This document shows, piece by piece, positions 62,264 through 64,000 of a stretch of 64,000 nt of DNA. Under the pieces are notes generated by a model. The model did no database searches. It was not told the origin of the DNA and was given only the letters and a program-made list of their open reading frames with translations. Within the stretch, counting starts at the first letter, position 1. Every line of letters starts with the position of its first letter. A program made the position numbers and the translations under genes. The DNA comes from Escherichia coli (GTDB lineage: Bacteria; Pseudomonadota; Gammaproteobacteria; Enterobacterales; Enterobacteriaceae), in NCBI RefSeq assembly GCF_001677475.2, contig NZ_CP015229.1. One strand, 5' to 3'.

Positions 62264-62839
62264 ATGAAAATCAGAGCGGTGAAAGGTATCAGAAACGCAC
62301 ATTATCTTGAAAATGGTGCGGTTGACTGCGAGGTGTTATTTGAAGGTGAAACGGAGTTCGCCCTGTATACTGCCATACAGGATGATATGGCCCCGACAGG
62401 CCAGCACATCTGGCAGGAGCTGCAAAGCGGGAAATGGGGCGAAATCGCCCCGTTCACCGTCACGCCGGAACTTATTGCAGCGGCAAAGGATGCCAAAAGG
62501 CGGGAAATTGAGGCATGGCGCGACAGTCAGGAAAACGTTGAGTTTATTTTCACGTTTGATGGCCGTCGTTTTGATGGCGGAAAAACCTCGCAGTCACGCC
62601 TTGCCCCCGTGGTTGCAGCAGCGCAGGCCGGACTGCTTCCGGAGGGATTTTTCTGGACTGATGCGGATAATAACAACGTCGTACTGACCAGGGAGAAACT
62701 TATTGCGCTGAACGATGCCATGATGGTGGCCATGGTGGCGGAGGGCTTTAAAATCCACGAACGCCAGCGCGAGATGAAAGAGCAACTTTCCCTGCTGTCC
62801 ACACTGAGCGATATAAGAGCGTTAACGCCCGGTTATTAA
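62264..62839 (+). CDS. Tail fibre assembly chaperone 2
   Basis: 191 aa from ATG 62264 with GAGGA Shine-Dalgarno (alternative ATG 62249 overlaps the fibre stop). Confidence 0.6.
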   Translation: MKIRAVKGIRNAHYLENGAVDCEVLFEGETEFALYTAIQDDMAPTGQHIWQELQSGKWGEIAPFTVTPELIAAAKDAKRREIEAWRDSQENVEFIFTFDGRRFDGGKTSQSRLAPVVAAAQAGLLPEGFFWTDADNNNVVLTREKLIALNDAMMVAMVAEGFKIHERQREMKEQLSLLSTLSDIRALTPGY

Positions 62840-62863
62840 GTCATCATTTTGTATAGTTTATAA

Positions 62864-62887
62864 CGATCGATACAATCGTATCGATCG
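62864..62887. promoter_or_regulatory. GATC-containing inverted repeat upstream of com/mom; candidate Dam-methylation-sensitive operator
   Basis: CGATCGATAC-AATC-GTATCGATCG; two GATC sites at 62865-62868 and 62883-62886, about 75-100 bp upstream of com. Confidence 0.5.
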
Positions 62888-62961
62888 TCAGTTTGCATCA
62901 TCTGTGATTAAATACCCTGGCCCTCAGGGCTATCGTATCTGGTTAATACACAGGTGGGATC

Positions 62962-63147
62962 ATGGATGCTGTTCGTTGTAAAAACTGCAATAAATTGCTG
63001 TTTAAAGGAAGTTTTAAGCATATAGAAATCAAATGCCCTCGTTGTAAACGTTACATTGTCATGTCGAGTGCCCGGGAGCATCCCACGGAGCTGTATTGTG
63101 GGAAAAGAGAAGAAATCACGCATCCTTACAAAACCCTGCGTTATTGA
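62962..63147 (+). CDS. com: Com zinc-finger translational activator of mom
   Basis: 61 aa; CKNC...CPRC...C..H zinc-finger pattern as in Mu Com; overlaps the mom start. Confidence 0.8.
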   Translation: MDAVRCKNCNKLLFKGSFKHIEIKCPRCKRYIVMSSAREHPTELYCGKREEITHPYKTLRY

Positions 63148-63793
63148 GTATGAAGGCCGTATTGTCGGCTATGGTTCAAGGGAACTGCGCGTTGAAACCA
63201 TATCCTGCTGGCTGGCCCGCACAATCATTCAGACAAAGCACTATTCCCGCCGTTTTGTGAATAACTCCTGGTTGCATCTGGGGGTATTCAGCGGACGTGA
63301 TCTGGTTGGCGTTCTCCAGTGGGGATACGCCCTTAATCCCAACTCAGGGCGTCGGGTCGTGCTGGAAACGGATAACCGGGGCTATATGGAACTGAACCGC
63401 ATGTGGTTACACGACGACATGCCCCGCAACTCTGAATCACGGGCTATCAGCTACGCACTGAAAACCATCAGGTTACTGTATCCATCAGTGGAGTGGGTTC
63501 AGTCCTTTGCAGACGAACGCTGCGGACGTGCAGGTGTTGTGTATCAGGCATCTAATTTTGATTTTATTGGTAGCCATGAAAGCACGTTCTACGAGCTGGA
63601 CGGCGAGTGGTATCACGAGATAACGATGAACGCGATTAAGCGTGGAGGACAACGAGGCGAGTATTTGCGGGCTAATAAGGAGCGGGCGGTGGTACACAAA
63701 TTTAATCAGTATCGCTACATCAGATTCCTGAACAAGCGCGCAAAAAAGCGACTAAATACTAAGCTATTCAGGATTCAGCCATACCCGAAGTGA
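63098..63793 (+). CDS. mom: Mom DNA modification protein
   Basis: 231 aa if initiated at GTG 63098 (Mu Mom length) with GGAG 7 nt upstream; the track ORF starts at TTG 63056; overlaps com. Confidence 0.8.
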   Translation: MGKEKKSRILTKPCVIEYEGRIVGYGSRELRVETISCWLARTIIQTKHYSRRFVNNSWLHLGVFSGRDLVGVLQWGYALNPNSGRRVVLETDNRGYMELNRMWLHDDMPRNSESRAISYALKTIRLLYPSVEWVQSFADERCGRAGVVYQASNFDFIGSHESTFYELDGEWYHEITMNAIKRGGQRGEYLRANKERAVVHKFNQYRYIRFLNKRAKKRLNTKLFRIQPYPK

Positions 63794-63815
63794 TCCCACG
63801 TAATGAATAAAAAAG

Positions 63816-63835
63816 CAGCGGCCAATGCCGCTGTT

Positions 63836-63839
<4 letters not shown>
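63816..63839 (+). terminator. Rho-independent terminator after mom
   Basis: CAGCGGC-CAAT-GCCGCTG hairpin followed by TTTTAT. Confidence 0.6.
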
Positions 63840-63999
<160 letters not shown>

Positions 64000-64000
64000 A

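Noticed and set aside
62840-62961. gin-type DNA invertase between the fibre genes and com
   Set aside because: Only 122 bp of non-coding DNA lie here and no serine-recombinase-like ORF exists anywhere in the window.

Overview
The window is an Escherichia coli chromosomal segment in two parts. Positions 1-29013 are core genome in the K-12-like order ydcJ(3' end)-opgD-ydcH-rimL-ydcK-tehAB-ydcL-ydcO-ydcN-rlhA(ydcP)-yncJ-hicAB-ydcR-ydcSTUV-patD-yncL-ortT-ydcY-ydcZ-mnaT-curA-mcbR-yncD-yncE-ansP, identified by recalled protein sequences and lengths, not by a database search. From 29014 to the window end lies a Mu/D108-like transposable prophage, recognised by its left terminal sequence TGTATTGATTCACTTGAAGTACGAAAA and the gene order c, ner, A, B, gam, gemA, mor, lysis, terminase, portal, head, tail, fibres, com, mom. 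The prophage cuts into a small host ORF, and its right end is not reached within the window. I do not see a clear, self-contained new multi-gene system such as a defence operon. The most interesting loci are the early region of unknown ORFs between B and gemA (including an antisense gene), the lysis region (no C activator gene between mor and the endolysin; a TraR/DksA-type zinc-finger gene), two tandem fibre-plus-chaperone modules with no gin invertase, the com/mom module with a GATC-bearing palindrome, and a repeat-rich region after mom suggesting extra cargo beyond the window. No rRNA or CRISPR features were found and no tRNA was recognised by eye. All coordinates are from reading the sequence and ORF track; starts were re-chosen where a recalled protein length or a Shine-Dalgarno motif supported it.
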